A stretch of DNA of 64,000 nucleotides, from assembly GCF_009914755.1 (NCBI RefSeq), contig NC_060947.1; one strand, 5' to 3'. The stretch is from the human T2T-CHM13v2.0 reference genome, Homo sapiens. Position numbers and translations under genes: made by a program. Positions 63,301 through 64,000 of this stretch are shown here, one piece after another. Under the pieces are notes generated by a model. The model was given only the letters and a program-made list of their open reading frames with translations, did not search any database and had not been told where the DNA came from. Each line of letters starts with the position of its first letter. The first letter of the stretch is position 1.

Positions 63301-64000
63301 GCCATAGAGAATGAATGACACCTTCAACTTACCAATTAACAAAACACCATTATAAAGTGAAAGAACTGAACATCAGAGGAATTTTTCTCTGAAACCATAT
63401 GAACATTCACAATTCAAACACGTACCACATTTCAACACCAATTACACATTATTATATACTGTATACAATGAGTTGGCTTGCAGGTCTCCAAATGACAAAA
63501 TCACTTTTAATTATTTATCTTTTCACCACAAGTTATACAGTTGCATTCAGACACTTTTTACAGGAACACAGACCATGGATATTTTTATAACGTGAGTTTC
63601 CAGGAGACTCCTTGGGTGGAAGTTTCTACTCTCCTGGGATGGAAGCTTGAAAAATAAAAGGGGGAGCATACAGGCAGAGCAACTGGCACAGTAAGCAAAG
63701 ATTTTCACATACTTTCAACCATTCTAAGGCCACAAAAAATGTGCTTATAACAACAATTAGGCACAAATCAGACAGGTGATTCCAATCCCACCTATTGCTG
63801 CCTAACCCCCAAAACTTTCTTCAAAACGTAGCATACATTATCAGATACCAGAGAATCTGTCTTACCCCTAACCTGGTCCACACACCCTGGAAGACTAAAC
63901 AGTGGAAGGACTCTCATGTCCTTGTAGACAAGGGTGGGCTACCAGACCCTAGGGAGCCATACCTCTCATAATCTGGCCCCCACTGCTCTACCAGGTCCAG

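Overview
Primate (human-like) non-coding, repeat-dense genomic DNA. I recognise no intact host exon, RNA gene or CRISPR array, and almost all listed ORFs are Alu/L1/LTR by-products. Positions 1-32.3 kb are an ordinary transposon mosaic: L1MA2-like, Tigger1, L1MB/MA, L2, LTR33, MER5A, LTR16, a solo LTR, MER44, a full-length but broken L1PA on the minus strand, MLT1, L1PB and many Alus. Positions ~32.3-63.3 kb are unusual. Once younger Alu/L1/THE1/MLT insertions are removed, they form an ancient head-to-tail tandem array of five highly diverged, LTR-less class III (ERV-L-like) pro-pol copies, all on the minus strand. The copies are separated by repeated spacer modules that I cannot assign to a family. 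All five carry the same TGG>TGA stop in the RT 'WRxTVDY' motif, so a dead provirus segment was amplified at the DNA level, apparently with an A-B-A-B higher-order structure. Subfamily names come from memory of consensus sequences, alignments were made by eye, and boundaries are approximate unless TSDs are cited.
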